Source: the human T2T-CHM13v2.0 reference genome, Homo sapiens. Taken from it: a stretch of DNA of 64,000 nt. Below the pieces are notes generated by a model. The model was not told where the DNA came from, searched no databases, and saw nothing but the letters and a program-made list of their open reading frames with translations. Both the position numbers and the translations under genes were made by a program. Of this stretch, positions 27,801 to 42,800 are shown piece after piece (position 1 is the stretch's first letter; the number at the start of each line of letters is the position of its first letter). The DNA lies in the NCBI RefSeq assembly GCF_009914755.1, contig NC_060946.1; one strand, given 5' to 3'.

Positions 27801-30800
27801 TCTAGGCTCTGCTTAAAGAGGCCTTGTCACATATCTCTGCACTGGTCACCCAGGTGATGTAACTCTTGTCTAGGCTCTGCTTCCAGGGCATATTGTGACA
27901 TATCTATGCACTGATCACCTTAGTGATGTAACCCTTGTGTAGGCTCGGCCTACAGGAGAATCTTGACCTATCTCTGCACTACTAACCGAGGTGATTTCAC
28001 TCTTGTGTAGGCTGTGCCCACAGGGGGATTGAGACATATCTCTGCACTGATCCCGAAGTGATCCAACTCTTGCCTGGTCTCTGCCTACTAGGGACATTGT
28101 GACATATCTCTGCACTGATCTCCCAGGTGCTGTAACTTTAGTCTAGTCTCTGGCTACACGGCATTGTGACATACCTCTGCACTGATCACCCACGTGATGT
28201 AACTCTTGCCTAGGCTCTGCCTACAATGGTCTTGTGACATATCTCTGCACTGATCACCCAGGTGATATAACTGTTCTCTAGCATCTGACCACAGGGTGCT
28301 TTGTGACATATCCCTGCAATGATCACCCAGGTGATATAACTGTTCTCTAGGATCTGACCACAGGGTGTTTTTTGACTTATCCCTGCAATGATCACCCAGG
28401 TGATATACCACTTGCCAAGGCTCTGCCTACAGGGGAATTGCAATGTATCTCTGCACTGATCACCTAGGTCTTGTAACTCTTTTCTAGGATCTGCCTACAG
28501 GGTGCTTTGTGACGTATCCCAGCAAGGATTACCCAGGTGCTGTACCTCTCATCAAGGCTCTGCCTGCAGGCACATTGCGATGTATCTCTGCACTGATCAC
28601 CTAGGTCATGTAACTTTTGTCTACGCTCTGCCTACGATGGCATTGTGACATATCTCTGCACTAATCATCCAAGTGATGTAACTCTTGTCTAAGATCTGCC
28701 TAAATTAACTTTGTGACATAACCCTGTAGTAATGATCCAGGTGATGGGGCTTTTGTCTAGGCTCTGCCTAAGGGGGCATTGTGACATATTTCTGCATTGA
28801 TCACCCAGGTGGCGAACTCTTCTCTTGGATCTGCCTATGGGGGCATTGTGACAAATCTCTGCACTGATCACCCAGGTGATGTAACTGTTGTGTAACCTCT
28901 GCCTACAGGGGAATTGGGAGAGATCTCGCCACTGATCACCCAAGTGATGTAACCATTGTCTTGGCTTTGCGTACAGGGTGCTTTGTGACATACCTTTGCA
29001 CTGATCACCCAGGTGATGTAACACATCTAAGTTCGGCCTAAAGGAGCTTTGTGACATATCTCTGCACTGATCACTTAGGTGATGTAACACTTTTATAAGC
29101 ACTGCCTACAGGAAATTTTGACGAATCTCTGCACTGATCACCTAGGTGATGTAACTCTTGTCTACCCTCTGTCCAACGGGGCATTGTGAAATATCTCTGC
29201 ACTGATCACCCAGGTGATTCAACTCTTGACTAGGATCTGCCTACAGAGGTTATTGTGAAATATCTCTGCACTGATAAACTAAGTGGTGTAACCCTTGTCC
29301 AAGCTCTGCCTACAGGGGCGTTTTCACATATCCCTGAAGTGATGACAAAGGTGATGTAACTTTGCCTAGGCTTTGCCTACAGGGGACAATGGACATATAT
29401 CTGCACTGACCACCCAGGTGATGCAACTCTTGCCTAGGCTTTGCCTACAGGGGACATTGTGACATATCTCCGCACTGATCTCCCAGGGGCTGTAACTTTA
29501 GTCTAGGCTCTGGCTACACGGCATTGTGACATATCACTGCACTGATCACCCAGGTGATATAACTCTTCTCTAGGATCTGCCTACAGGGTGCTTTGTGACA
29601 TATCCCTGCACTGATCACCCAGGTGATCTAACACTGGTCTAAGCTCTGCCTAAAGGGGCATTGTGACAGATCTCTGCACTGATCACTCAGGTGATGTAAC
29701 TGTTGTCTAGGCTCTGCTTAAAGAGGCCTTGTCACATATCTCTGCACTGGTCACCCAGGTGATGTAACTCTTGTCTAGGCTCTGCTACCAGGCCATATTG
29801 TGACATATCTATGCACTGATCACCTTAGTGATGTAACCCTTGTGTAGACTCGGCCTACAGGGGAATCTTGACCTATCTCTGCACTGTTAACCGAGGTGAT
29901 TTAACTCTTGTGTAGGCTGTGCCCACAGGGGGATTGAGACATATCTCTGCACTGATCCCGAAGTGATCCAACTCTTGCCTGGTCTCTGCCTACTAGGGAC
30001 ATTGTGACATATCTCTGCACTGATCTCCCAGGTGCTGTAACTTTAGTCTAGGCTCTGGCTACACGGCATTGTGACATATCTCTGCACTGATCACCCACGT
30101 GATGTAACTCTTTCCTAGGCTCTCCCTACCATGGTCTTGTGACATATCTCTGCACTGATCAACCAGGTGATATAACTGTTCTCCAGGATCTGACCACAGG
30201 GTGTTTCGTGACTTATCACTGCAATGATCACCCAGGTGATATAACACTTGCCAAGGCTCTGCCTACAGGGGAATTGCAATGTATCCCTGCACTAGTCACC
30301 TAGGTCTTTTAACTCTTTTCTAGGATCTGCCTACAGGGTGCTTTGTGACGTATCCCAGCAAGGATTACTCAGGTGCTGTACCTCTCATCAAGGCTCTGCC
30401 TGCAGGCACATTGCGATTTATCTCTGCACTGATCACCTAGGTCATGTAACTTTTGTCTACGCTCTGCCTACGATGGCATTGTGACATATCTCTGCACTAG
30501 TCATCCAAATGATGTAACTCTTGTCTAGGATCTGCCTAAATTAACTTTGTGACATAACCCTGTAGTGATCATCCAGGTGATGGGGCTTTTGTCTAGGCTC
30601 TGCCTAAGGGGGCATTGTGACATATTTCTGCATTGATCACCCAGGTGGCGAACTCTTCTCTTGGATCTGCCTATGGGGGCATTGTGACAAATCTCTGCAC
30701 TGATCACCCAGGTGATGTAACAGTTGTGTAACCTCTGCCTACAGGGGAATTGTGAGAGATCTCGCCACTGATCACCCAAGTGATGTAACCATTGTCTAGG

Positions 30801-33800
30801 CTTTGCGTACAGGGTGCTTTGTGACATACCTTTGCACTGATCACCCAGGTGATGTAACACATCTAAGTTCGGCCTAAAGGAGCTTTGTGACATATCTCTG
30901 CACTCATCACTTAGGTGATGTAACACTTTTATATGCACTGCCTACAAGGAATTTTGACAAATCTCTGCACTGATCACCTAGGTGATGTAACGCTTGTCTA
31001 CCCTCTGTCCAACGGGGCATTGTGAAATATCTCTGCAGTGATCACCCAGGTGATTCAACTCTTGACTAGGATCTGCCTACAGAGGTTATTGTGAAATATC
31101 TCTGCACTGATAAACTAAGTGGTGTAAACCTTGTCCAAGCTCTGCCTACAGTGGCGTTTTCACATATCCCTGAAGTGATGACAAAGGTGATGTAACTTTG
31201 CCTAGGCTTTGCCTACAGGGGACATTGGACATATATCTGCACTGATCACCCAGGTGATGCAACTCTTGCCTAGGCTTTGCCTACAGGGGACATTGTGACA
31301 TATCACTTCAATGATCACCCATGTGATGCAACTCTTGCCTAGGCTTTGCCTACAGGGGACATTGTGACATATCTCTGCACTGATCTCCCAGGGGCTGTAA
31401 CTTTAGTCTAGGCTCTGGCTACACGGCATTGTGACATATCACTGCACTGATCAACCAGGTGACATAACTCTTGTCTAGGCTCTGCCTCCAGGGGGTTGTG
31501 ACATATCTCTGCACAGATCACCCAGGTGATATAACTCTTCTCTAGGATCTGCCTACAGGGTGCTTTGTGACATATCCCTGCACTGATCACCCAGGTGATC
31601 TAACACTGGTCTAAGCTCTGAATAAAGGGGCATTGTGACAGATCTCTGCACTGATCACTCAGGTGATGTAACTGTTGTCTAGGCTCTGCTTAAAGAGGCC
31701 TTGTCACATATCTCTGCACTGGTCACCCAGGTGATGTAACTCTTGTCTAGGCTCTGCTTCCAGGGCATATTGTGACATATCTATGCACTGATCACCTTAG
31801 TGATGCAACCCTTGTGTAGGCTCGGCCTACAGGGGAATCTTGACCTATCTCTGCACTGTTAACCGAGGTGATTTAACTCTTGTCTAGGCTGTGCCCACAG
31901 GGGGATTGAGACATATCTCTGCACTGATCCCGAAGTGATCCAACTCTTGCCTGGTCTCTGCCTACTAGGGACATTGTGACATATCTCTGCACTGATCTCC
32001 CAGGTGCTGTAACTTTAGTCTAGGCTCTGGCTACACGGCATTGTGACATATCACTGCACTGATCACCCACGTGATGTAACTCTTGCCTAGGCTCTGCCTA
32101 CAATTGTCTTGTGACATATCTCTGCACTGATCACCCAGGTGATATAACTGTTCTCTAGGATCTGACCACAGGGTGCTTTGTGACATATCCCTGCAATGAT
32201 CACCCAGGTGATATAACTGTTCTCTAGGATCTGACCACAGGGTGTTTCGTGACTTATCCCTGCAATGATCACCCAGGTGATATACCACTTGCCAAGGCTC
32301 TGCCTACAGGGGCATTGCAATGTATCTCTGCACTGATCACCTAGTTCTTGTATCTCTTTACTAGGATCTGCCTACAGGGTGCTTTGTGACGTATCCCAGC
32401 AAGGATTACTCAGGTGCTGTACCTCTCATCAAGGCTCTGCCTGCAGGCACATTGCGATGTATCTCTGCACTGATCACCTAGGTCATGTAACTTTTGTCTA
32501 CGCTCTGCCTACGATGGCATTGTGACATATCTCTGCACTAATCATCCAAGTGATGTAACTCTTGTCTAGGATCTGCCTAAATTAACTTTGTGACATAACC
32601 CTGTAGTGATCATCCAGGTGATGGGGCTTTTGTCTAGGCTCTGCCTAAGGGGGCATTGTGACATATTTCTGCATTGATCACCCAGGTGGCGAACTCTTGT
32701 CTCGGATCTGCCTATGGGGGCATTGTGACAAATCTCTGCACTGATCACCCAGGTGATGTAACTGTTGTGTAACCTCTGCCTACAGGGGAATTGTGAGAGA
32801 TCTCGCCACTGATCACCCAAGTGATGTAACCATTGTCTAGGCTTTGCATACAGGGTGCTTTGTGACATAACTTTGCACTGATCACCCAGGTGATGTAACA
32901 CATCTAAGTTCGGCCTAAAGGAGCTTTGTGACATACCTCTGCACTCATCACTTACGTGATGTAACACTTTTATAAGCACTGCCTACAGGGAATTTTGACA
33001 AATCTCTGCACTGATCACCTAGGTGATGTAACTCTTGTCTACCCTCTGTCCAACGGGGCATTGTGAAATATCTCTGCACTGATCACCCAGGTGATTCAAC
33101 TCTTGACTAGGATATGCCTACAGAGGTTATTGTGAAATATCTCTGCACTGATAAACTAAGTGGTGTAACCCTTGTCAAAGCTCTGCCTACAGGGGCGTTT
33201 TCACATATCCCTGAAGTGATGACAAAGGTGATGTAACATTGCCTAGGGTTTGCCTACAGGGGACATTGGACATATATCTGCACTGACCACCCAGGTGATG
33301 CAACTCTTGCCTAGGCTTTGCCTACAGGGGACATTGTGACATATCTCCGCACTGATCTCCCAGCGGCTGTAACTTTAGTCTAGGCTCTGGCTACACGGCA
33401 TTGTGACATATCACTGCACTGATCAACCAGGTGATATAACCCTTGTCTAGGCTCTGCCTACAGGGGGCTTGTGACATATCTCTGCACTGATCACCCAGGT
33501 GATATAACTCTTCTCTAGGATCTGCCTACAGGGTGCTTTGTGACATATCCCTGCACTGATCACCCAGGTGATCTAACACTGGTCTAAGCTCTGTCTAAAA
33601 GGGCATTGTGACAGATCTCTGCACTGATCACTCAGGTGATGTAACTGTTGTCTATTCTCTGCTTAAAGAGGCCTTGTCACATATCTCTGCACTGGTCACC
33701 CAGGTGATGTAACTCTTGTCTAGGCTCTGCTTCCAGGGCATATTGTGACATATCTATGCACTGATCACCTTAGTGATGTAACCCTTGTGTAGGCTCGGCC

Positions 33801-36800
33801 TACAGGGGAATCTTGACCTATCTCTGCACTGTTAACCGAGGTGATTTAACTCTTGTCTAGGCTGTGCCCACAGGGGGATTGAGACATATCTCTGCACTGA
33901 TCCCGAAGTGATCCAACTCTTGCCTGGTCTCTGCCTACTAGGGACATTGTGACATATCTCTGCACTGATCTCCCAGGTGCTGTAAATTTAGTCTAGGCTC
34001 TGGCTACACGGCATTGTGACATATCTCTGCACAGATCACCCACGTGATGTAACTCGTGCCTAGGTTCTGCCTACAATTCTCTTGTGACATATCTCTGCAC
34101 TGATCACCCAGGTGATATAACTGTTCTCTAGGATCTGACCACAGGGTGCTTTGTGACATATCCCTGCAATGATCACCCAGGTGATATAACTGTTCTCTAG
34201 GATCTGACCACAGGGTGTTTTGTGACTTATCCCTGCAATGATCACCCAGGTGATATACCACTTGCCAAGGCTCTGCCTACAGGGGCATTGCAATGTATCT
34301 CTGCACTGATCACCTAGGTCTTGTAACTCTTTTCTAGGATCTGCCTACAGGGTGCTTTGTGACGTGTCCCAGCAAGGATTACTCAGGTGCTGTACCTCTC
34401 ATCAAGGCTCTGCCTGCAGGCACATTGCGATGTATCTCTGCACTGATCACCTAGGTCATGTAACTTTTGTCTAGGCTCTGCCTACGATGGCATTGTGACA
34501 TATCTCTGCACTAATCATCCAAGTGATGTAACACTTGTCTAGGATCTGCCTAAATTAACTTTGTGACATAACCCTGTAGTGATCATCCAGGTGATGGGGC
34601 TTTTGTCTAGGCTCTGCCTAAGGGGGCATTGTGACACATTTCTGCATTGATCACCCAGGTGGCGAACTCTTCTCTCGGATCTGCCTATGGGGGCATTGTG
34701 ACAAATCTCTGCACTGATCACCCAGTTGATGTAACTGTTGTGTAACCTCTGCCTACAGGGGAATTGTGAGAGATCTCGCCACTGATCACCCAAGTGATGT
34801 AACCATTGTCTAGGCTTTGCGTACAGGGTGCTTTGTGACATACCTTTGCACTGATCACCCAGGTGATGTAACACATCTAAGTTCGGCCTAAAGGAGCTTT
34901 GTGACATATCTCTGCACTCATCACTTAGGTGATGTAACACTTTTATAAGCACTGCCTACAGGGAAATTTGACGAATCTCTGCACTGATCACCTAGGTGAT
35001 GTAACGCTTGTCTACCCTCTGTCCAACGGGGCATTGTGAAATATCTCTGCACTGATCACCCAGGTGATTCAACTCTTGACTAGGATCTGCCTACAGAGGT
35101 TATTGTGAAATATCTCTGCACTGATAAACTAAGTGGTGTAACACTTGTCCAAGCTCTGCCTACAGGGGCGTTTTCACATATCCCTGAAGTGATGACAAAG
35201 GTGATGTAACTTTGCCTAGGCTTTGCCTACAGGGGACATTGGACATATATGGGCACTGATCACCCAGGTGATGCAACTCTTGCCTAGGCTTTGCCTACAG
35301 GGGACATTGTGACATATGTCTTCAATGATCACCCATGTGATGCAACTCTTGCCTAGGTTTTGCCTACAGGGGACATTGTGACATATCTCTGCACTGATCT
35401 CCCAGGGGCTGTAACTTTAGTCTAGGCTCTGGCTACACGGCATTGTGACATATCACTGCACTGATCAACCAGGTGATATAACTCTTGTCTAGGCTCTGCC
35501 TTCAGGGGGCTTGTGACATATCTCTGCACTGATCACCCAGGTGATATAACTCTTCTCTAGGATCTGCCTACAGGGTGCTTTGTGACATATCCCTGCACTG
35601 ATCACCCAGGTGATCTAACACTGGTCTAAGCTCTGCCTAAAGGGGCATTGTGACAGATCTCTGCACTGATCACTCAGGTGATGTAACTGTTGTCTAGGCT
35701 CTGCTTAAAGAGGCCTTGTCACATATCTCTGCACTGGTCACCCAGGTGATGTAACTCTTGTCTAGGCTCTGCTTCCAGGGCATATTGTGACATATCTATG
35801 CACTGATCACCTTAGTGATGTAACCCTTGTGTAGGCTCGGCCTACAGGGGAATCTTGACCTATCTCTGCACTGTTAACCGAGGTGATTTAACTCTTGTCT
35901 AGGCTGTGTCCACAGGGGGATTGAGACATATCTCTGCACTGATCCCGAAGTGATCCAACTCTTGCCTGGTCTCTGCCTACTAGGGACATTGTGACATATC
36001 TCTGCACTGATCTCCCAGGTGCTGTAAATTTAGTCTAGGCTCTGGCTACACGGCATTGTGACATATCTCTGCACTGATCACCCACGTGATGTAACTCTTG
36101 CCTAGGCTCTGCCTATAATGGTCTTGTGACATATCTCTGCACTGATCAACCAGGTGATATAACTGTTCTCTAAGATCTGACCACAGGGTGCTTTTTGACA
36201 TATCCCTGCAATGATCAACCAGGTGATATAACTGTTCTCTAGGATCTGACCACAGGTTGCTTTGTGACATATCCCTGCACTGATCACCCAGGCGATATAA
36301 CTCTTCTCTAGGATCTGACCACAGGGTGTTTTGTGACTTATCCCTGCAATGATCACCCAGGTGATATACCACTTGCCAAGCCTCTGCCTACAGGGGAATT
36401 GCAATGTATCTCTGCACTGATCACCTAGGTCTTGTAACTCTTTTCTAGGATCTGCCTACAGGGTGCTTTGTGACGTATCCCAGCAAGGATTACTCAGGTG
36501 CTGTACCTCTCATCAAGGCTCTGCCTGCAGGCACATTGCGATGTATCTCTGCACTGATCACCTAGGTCATGTAACTTTTGTCTACGCTCTGCCTACGATG
36601 GCATTGTGACATATCTGTGCACTAATCATCCAAATGATGTAACTCTTGTCTAGGATCTGCCTAAATTAACTTTGTGACATAACCCTGTAGTGATCATCCA
36701 GGTGATGGGGCTTTTGTCTAGGCTCTGCCTAAGGGGGCATTGTGACATATTTCTGCATTGATCACCCAGGTGGCTAACTCTTGTCTCGGATCTGCCTATG

Positions 36801-39800
36801 GGGGCATTGTGACAAATCTCTGCACTGATCACCCAGGTGATGTAACTGTTGTGTAACCTCTGCCTACAGGGGAATTGTGAGAGATCTCGCCACTGATCAC
36901 CCAAGTGATGTAACCATTGTCTAGGCTTTGCGTACAGGGTGCTTTGTGACATACCTTTGCACTGATCACCCAGGTGATGTAACACATCTAAGTTCGGCCT
37001 AAAGGAGCTTTGTGACATATCTCTGCACTCATCACTTAGGTGATGTAACACTTTTATAAGCACTGCCTACAGGGAATTTTGACGAATCTCTGCACTGATC
37101 ACCTAGGTGATGTAACTCTTGTCTACCCTCTGTCCAACGGGGCATTGTGAAATATCTCTGCACTGATCACCCAGGTGATTCAACTCTTGACTAGGATCTG
37201 CCTACAGAGTTTATTGTGAAATATTTCTGCACTGATAAACTAAGTGGTGTAACCCTTGTCCAAGCTCTGCCTACAGGGGCGTTTTCACATATCCCTGAAG
37301 TGATGACAAAGGTGATGTAACTTTGCCTAGGCTTTGCCTACAGGGGACATTGGACATATATCTGCACTGATCACCCAGGTGATGCAACTCTTGCCTAGGC
37401 TTTGCCTACAGGGGACATTGTGACATATCTCTTCAATGATCAGCGATGTGATGCAACTCTTGCCTAGGCTTTGCCTACAGGGGACATTGTGACATATCTC
37501 TGCACTGATCTCCCAGGGGCTGTAACTTTAGTCTAGGCTCTGGCTACACGGCATTGTGACATATCACTGCACTGATCAACCAGGTGATATAACTCTTGTC
37601 TAGGCTCTGCCTCCAGGGGGCTTGTGACATATCTCTGCACTGATCACCCAGGTGATATAACTCTTCTCTAGGATCTGCCTACAGGGTGCTTTGTGACATA
37701 TCCCTGCACTGATCACCCAGGTGATCTAACACTGGTCTAAGCTCTGCCTAAAGGGGCATTGTGACAGATCTCTGCACTGATCACTCAGGTGATGTAACTG
37801 ATGTCTAGGCTCTGCTTAAAGTGGCCTTGTCACATATCTCTGCACTGGTCACCCAGGTGATGTAACTCTTGTCTAGGCTCTGCTTCCAGGGCATATTGTG
37901 ACATATCTATGCACTGATCACCTTAGTGATGTAACCCTTGTGTAGACTCGGCCTACAGGGGAATCTTGAACTATCTCTGCTCTGTTAACCGAGGTGATTT
38001 AACTCTTGTCTAGGCTGTGCCCACAGGGGGATTGAGACATATCTCTGCACTGATCCCGAAGTGATCCAACTCTTGCCTGGTCTCTGCCTACTAGGGACAT
38101 TGTGACATATCTCTGCACTGATCTCCCAGGTGCTGTAAATTTAGTCTAGGCTCTGGCTACACAGCATTGTGACATATCTCTGCACTGATCACCCACGTGA
38201 TGTAACTCTTGCCTAGGCTCTGCCTACAATGGTCTTGTGACATATCTCTGCACTGATCAACCAGGTGATATAACTGTTCTCTAGGATCTGACCACAGGGT
38301 GCTTTGTGACATATCCCTGCAATGATCACCCAGGTGATATAACTGTTCTCTAGGATCTGACCACAGGGTGTTTTGTGACTTATCCCTGCAATGATCACCC
38401 AGGTGATATACCACTTGCCAAGGCTCTGCCTACAGGGGAATTGCAATGTATCTCTGCACTGATCACCTAGGTCTTGTAACTCTTTTCTAGGATCTGCCTA
38501 CAGGGTGCTTTGTGACGTATCCCAGCAAGGATTACTCAGGTGCTGTACCTCTCATCAAGGCTCTGCCTGCAGGCACATTGCGATGTATCTCTGCACTGAT
38601 CACCTAAGTCATGTAACTTTTGTCTACGCTCTGCCTACGATGGCATTGTGACATATCTCTGCACTAATCATCCAAATGATGTAACTCTTGTCTAGGATCT
38701 GCCTAAATTAACTTTGTGACATAACCCTGTAGTGATCATCCAGGTGATGGGGCTTTTGTTTAGGCTCTGCCTAAGGGGGCATTGTGACATATTTCTGCAT
38801 TGATCACCCAGGTGGCGAACTCTTGTCTCGGATCTGCCTATGGGGGCATTGTGACAAATCTCTGCACTGATCACCCAGGTGATGTAACTGTTGTGTAACC
38901 TCTGCCTACAGGGGAATTGTGAGAGATCTCGCCACTGATCACCCAAGTGATGTAACCATTGTCTAGGCTTTGCGTACAGGTTGCTTTGTGACATACCTTT
39001 GCACTGATCACCCAGGTGATGTAACACATCTAAGTTCGGCCTAAAGGAGCTTTGTGACATATCTCTGCACTCATCACTTAGGTGATGTAACACTTTTATA
39101 AGCACTGCCTACAGGGAATTTTGACAAATCTCTGCACTGATCACCTAGGTGATGTAACTCTTGTCTACCCTCTGTCCAACGGGGCATTGTGAAATATCTC
39201 TGCACTGATCACCCAGGTGATTCAACTCTTGACTAGGATCTGCCTACAGAGTTTATTGTGAAATATTTCTGCACTGATAAACTAAGTGGTGTAACCCTTG
39301 CCCATGCTCTGCCTACAGGGGCGTTTTCACATATCCCTGAAGTGATGACAAAGGTGATGTAACTTTGCCTAGGCTTTGCCTACAGGGGACATTGGACATA
39401 TATCTGCACTGATCACCCAGGTGATGCAACTCTTGCCTAGGCTTTGCCTACAGGGTACATTGTGACATATCTCTTCAATGATCACCCATGTGATGCAACT
39501 CTTGCCTAGGCTTTGCCTACAGGGGACATTGTGATATATCTCTGCACTGATCTCCCAGGGGCTTTAACTTTAGTCTAGGCTCTGGCTACACGGCATTGTG
39601 ACATATCACTGCACTGATCAACCAGGTGATATAACTCTAGTCTAGGCTCTGCCTCCAGGGGGCTTGTGACATATCTCTGCACAGATCACCTAGGTGATAT
39701 AACTCTTCTCTAGGATCTACCTACAGGGTGCTTTGTGACATATCCCTGCACTGATCACCCAGGTGATCTAACACTGGTCCAAGCTCTGCCTAAAGGGGCA

Positions 39801-42800
39801 TTGTGACAGATCTCTGCACTGATCACTCAGGTGATGTAACTGTTGTCTAGGCTCTGCTTAAAGAGGCCTTGTCACATGTCTCTGCACTGGTCACACAGGT
39901 GATGTAACTCTTGTCTAGGCTCTGCTTCCAGGGCATATTGTGACATATCTATGCACTGATCACCTTAGTGATGTAACCCTCGTGTAGGCTCGGCCTACAG
40001 GGGAATCTTGACCTATCTCTGCGCTGTTAACCGAGGTGATTTAACTCTTGTCTAGGCTGTGCCCACAGGGGGATTGAGACATATCTCTGCACTGATCCCG
40101 AAGTGATCCAACTCTTCCCTGTTCTCTGTCTACAAGGGACATTGTGACATATCTCTGCACTGATCTCCCAGGTTCTGTAACTTTAGTCTAGGCTCTGGCT
40201 ACACGGCATTGTGACATATCCCTGCACTGATCACCCGCGTGATGTAACTCTTGCCTAGGCTCTGCCTACAATGGTCTTGTGACATATCTCTGCACTGATC
40301 ACCCAGGTGATATAACTGTTCTCTAGGATCTGACCACAGGGTGCTTTGTGACATATCCCTGCAATGATCACCCAGGTGATATAACTGTTCGCTAGGATCT
40401 GACCACAGGGTGTTTTGTGACTTATCCCTGCAATGATCCCCCAGGTGATATACCACTTGCCAAGGCTCTGCCTACAGGGGCATTGCAATGTGTCTCTGCA
40501 CTGATCACCTAGGTCTTGTAACTCTTTTCTAGGATCTGCCTACAGGGTGCTTTGTGACGTATCCCAGCAAGGATTACTCAGGTGCTGTACCTCTCATCAA
40601 GGCTCTGCCTGCAGGCACATTGCGATGTATCTCTGCACTGATCACCTAGGTCATGTAACTTTTGTCTACGCTCTGCCTACGATGGCATTGTGACATATCT
40701 CTGCACTAATCATCCAAGTGATGTAACTCTTGTCTAGGATCTGCCTAAATTAACTTTGTGACATAACCCTGTAGTGATCATCCAGGTGATGGGGCTTTTA
40801 TCTAGGCTCTGCCTAAGGGGGCATTGTGACATATTTCTGCATTGATCACCCAGGTGGCGAACCCTTCTCTTGGATCTGCCTATGGGGGCATTGTGACAAA
40901 TCTCTGCACTGATCACCCAGGTGATGTAACTGTTGTGTAACCTCTGCCTACAGGGGAATTGGGAGAAATCTCGCCACTGATCACCCAAGTGATGTAACCA
41001 TTGTCTAGGCTTTGCTTACGGGGTGCTTTGTGACATACCTTTGCACTGATCACCCAGGTGATGTAACACATCTAAGTTCGGCCTAAAGGAGCTTTGTGAC
41101 ATATCTCTGCACTCATCACTTAGGTGATGTAACACTTTTATAAGCACTGCCTTCAGGGAATTTTGACGAATCTCTGCACTGATCACCTAGGTGATGTAAC
41201 TCTTGTCTACCCTCTGTCCAACGGGGCATTGTGAAATATCTCTGCACTGATCACCCAGGTGATTCAACTCTTGACTAGGATCTGCCTACAGAGTTTATTG
41301 TGAAATATTTCTGCACTGATAAACTAAGTGGTGTAACCCTTGTCCAAGCTCTGCCTACAGGGGCGTTTTCACATATCCCTGAAGTGATGACAAAGGTGAT
41401 GTAATTTTGCCTAGGCTTTGCCTACAGGGGACATTGGACATATATCTGCACTGACCACCCAGGTGATGCAAATCTTGCCTAGGCTTCTCCTACAGGGGAC
41501 ATTGTGACATATCTCTTCAATGATCACTCATGTGATGCAACTCTTGCCTAGGCTTTGCCTATTGGGGACATTGTGACATATCTCTGCACTGATCTCCCAG
41601 GGGCTATAACTTTAGTCTAGGCTCTGGCTACCCGGCATTGTGACATATCACTGCACTGATCAACCAGGTGATATAACTCTTGTCTAGGCTCTGCCTCCAG
41701 GGGGCTTGTGACATATCTCTGCACAGATCACCCAGGTGATATAACTCTTCTCTAGGATCTGCCTACAGGGTGCTTTGTGACATATCCCTGCACTGATCAC
41801 CCAGGTGATCTAACACTGGTCTAAGCTCTGCCTAAAGGGGCATTGTGACAGATCTCTGCACTGATCACTCAGGTGATGTAACTGTTGACTAGGCTCTGCT
41901 TAAAGAGGCCTTGTCACATATCTCTGCACTGGTCACCCAGGTGATGTAACTCTTGTCTAGGCTCTGCTTCCAGGGCATATTGTGACATATCTATGCACTG
42001 ATCACCTTAGTGATGTAACCCTTGTGTAGGCTCGGCCTACAGGGGAATCTTGACCTATCTCTGCACTGTTAACCGAGGTGATTTAACTCTTGTCTAGGCT
42101 GTGCCCACAGGGGGATTGAGACATATCTCTGCACTGATCCCGAAGTGATCCAACTCTTGCCTGGTCTCTGCCTACTAGGGACATTGTGACATATCTCTGC
42201 ACTGATCTCCCAGGTGCTGTAAATTTAGTCTAGGCTCTGGCTACACGGCATTGTGACATATCTCTGCACTGATCACCCACGTGATGTAACTCTTGCCTAG
42301 GCTCTGTCTACAATGGTCTTGTGACATATCTCTGCACTGATCACCCAGGTGATATAACTGTTCTCTAGGATCTGACCACAGGGTGCTTTCTGACATATCC
42401 CTGCAATGATCACCCAGGTGATATAACTGTTCTCTAGGATCTGACCACAGGGTGTTTTGTGACTTATCCCTGCAATGATCACCCAGGTGATATACCACTT
42501 GCCAAGGCTCTGCCTACAGGGGAATTGCAATGTATCTCTGCACTGATCACCTAAGTCTTGTAACTCTTTTCTAGGATCTGCCTACAGGGTGCTTTGTGAT
42601 TTATCCCAGCAAGGATTACTCAGGTGCTGTACCTCTCATCAAGGCTCTGCCTGCAGGCACATTGCGATGTATCTCTGCACTGATCACCTAGCTCATGTAA
42701 CTTTTGTCTACGCTCTGCCTACGATGGCATTGTGACATATCTCTGCACTAATCATCCAAATGATGTAACTCTTGTCTAGGATCTGCCTAAATTAACTTTG

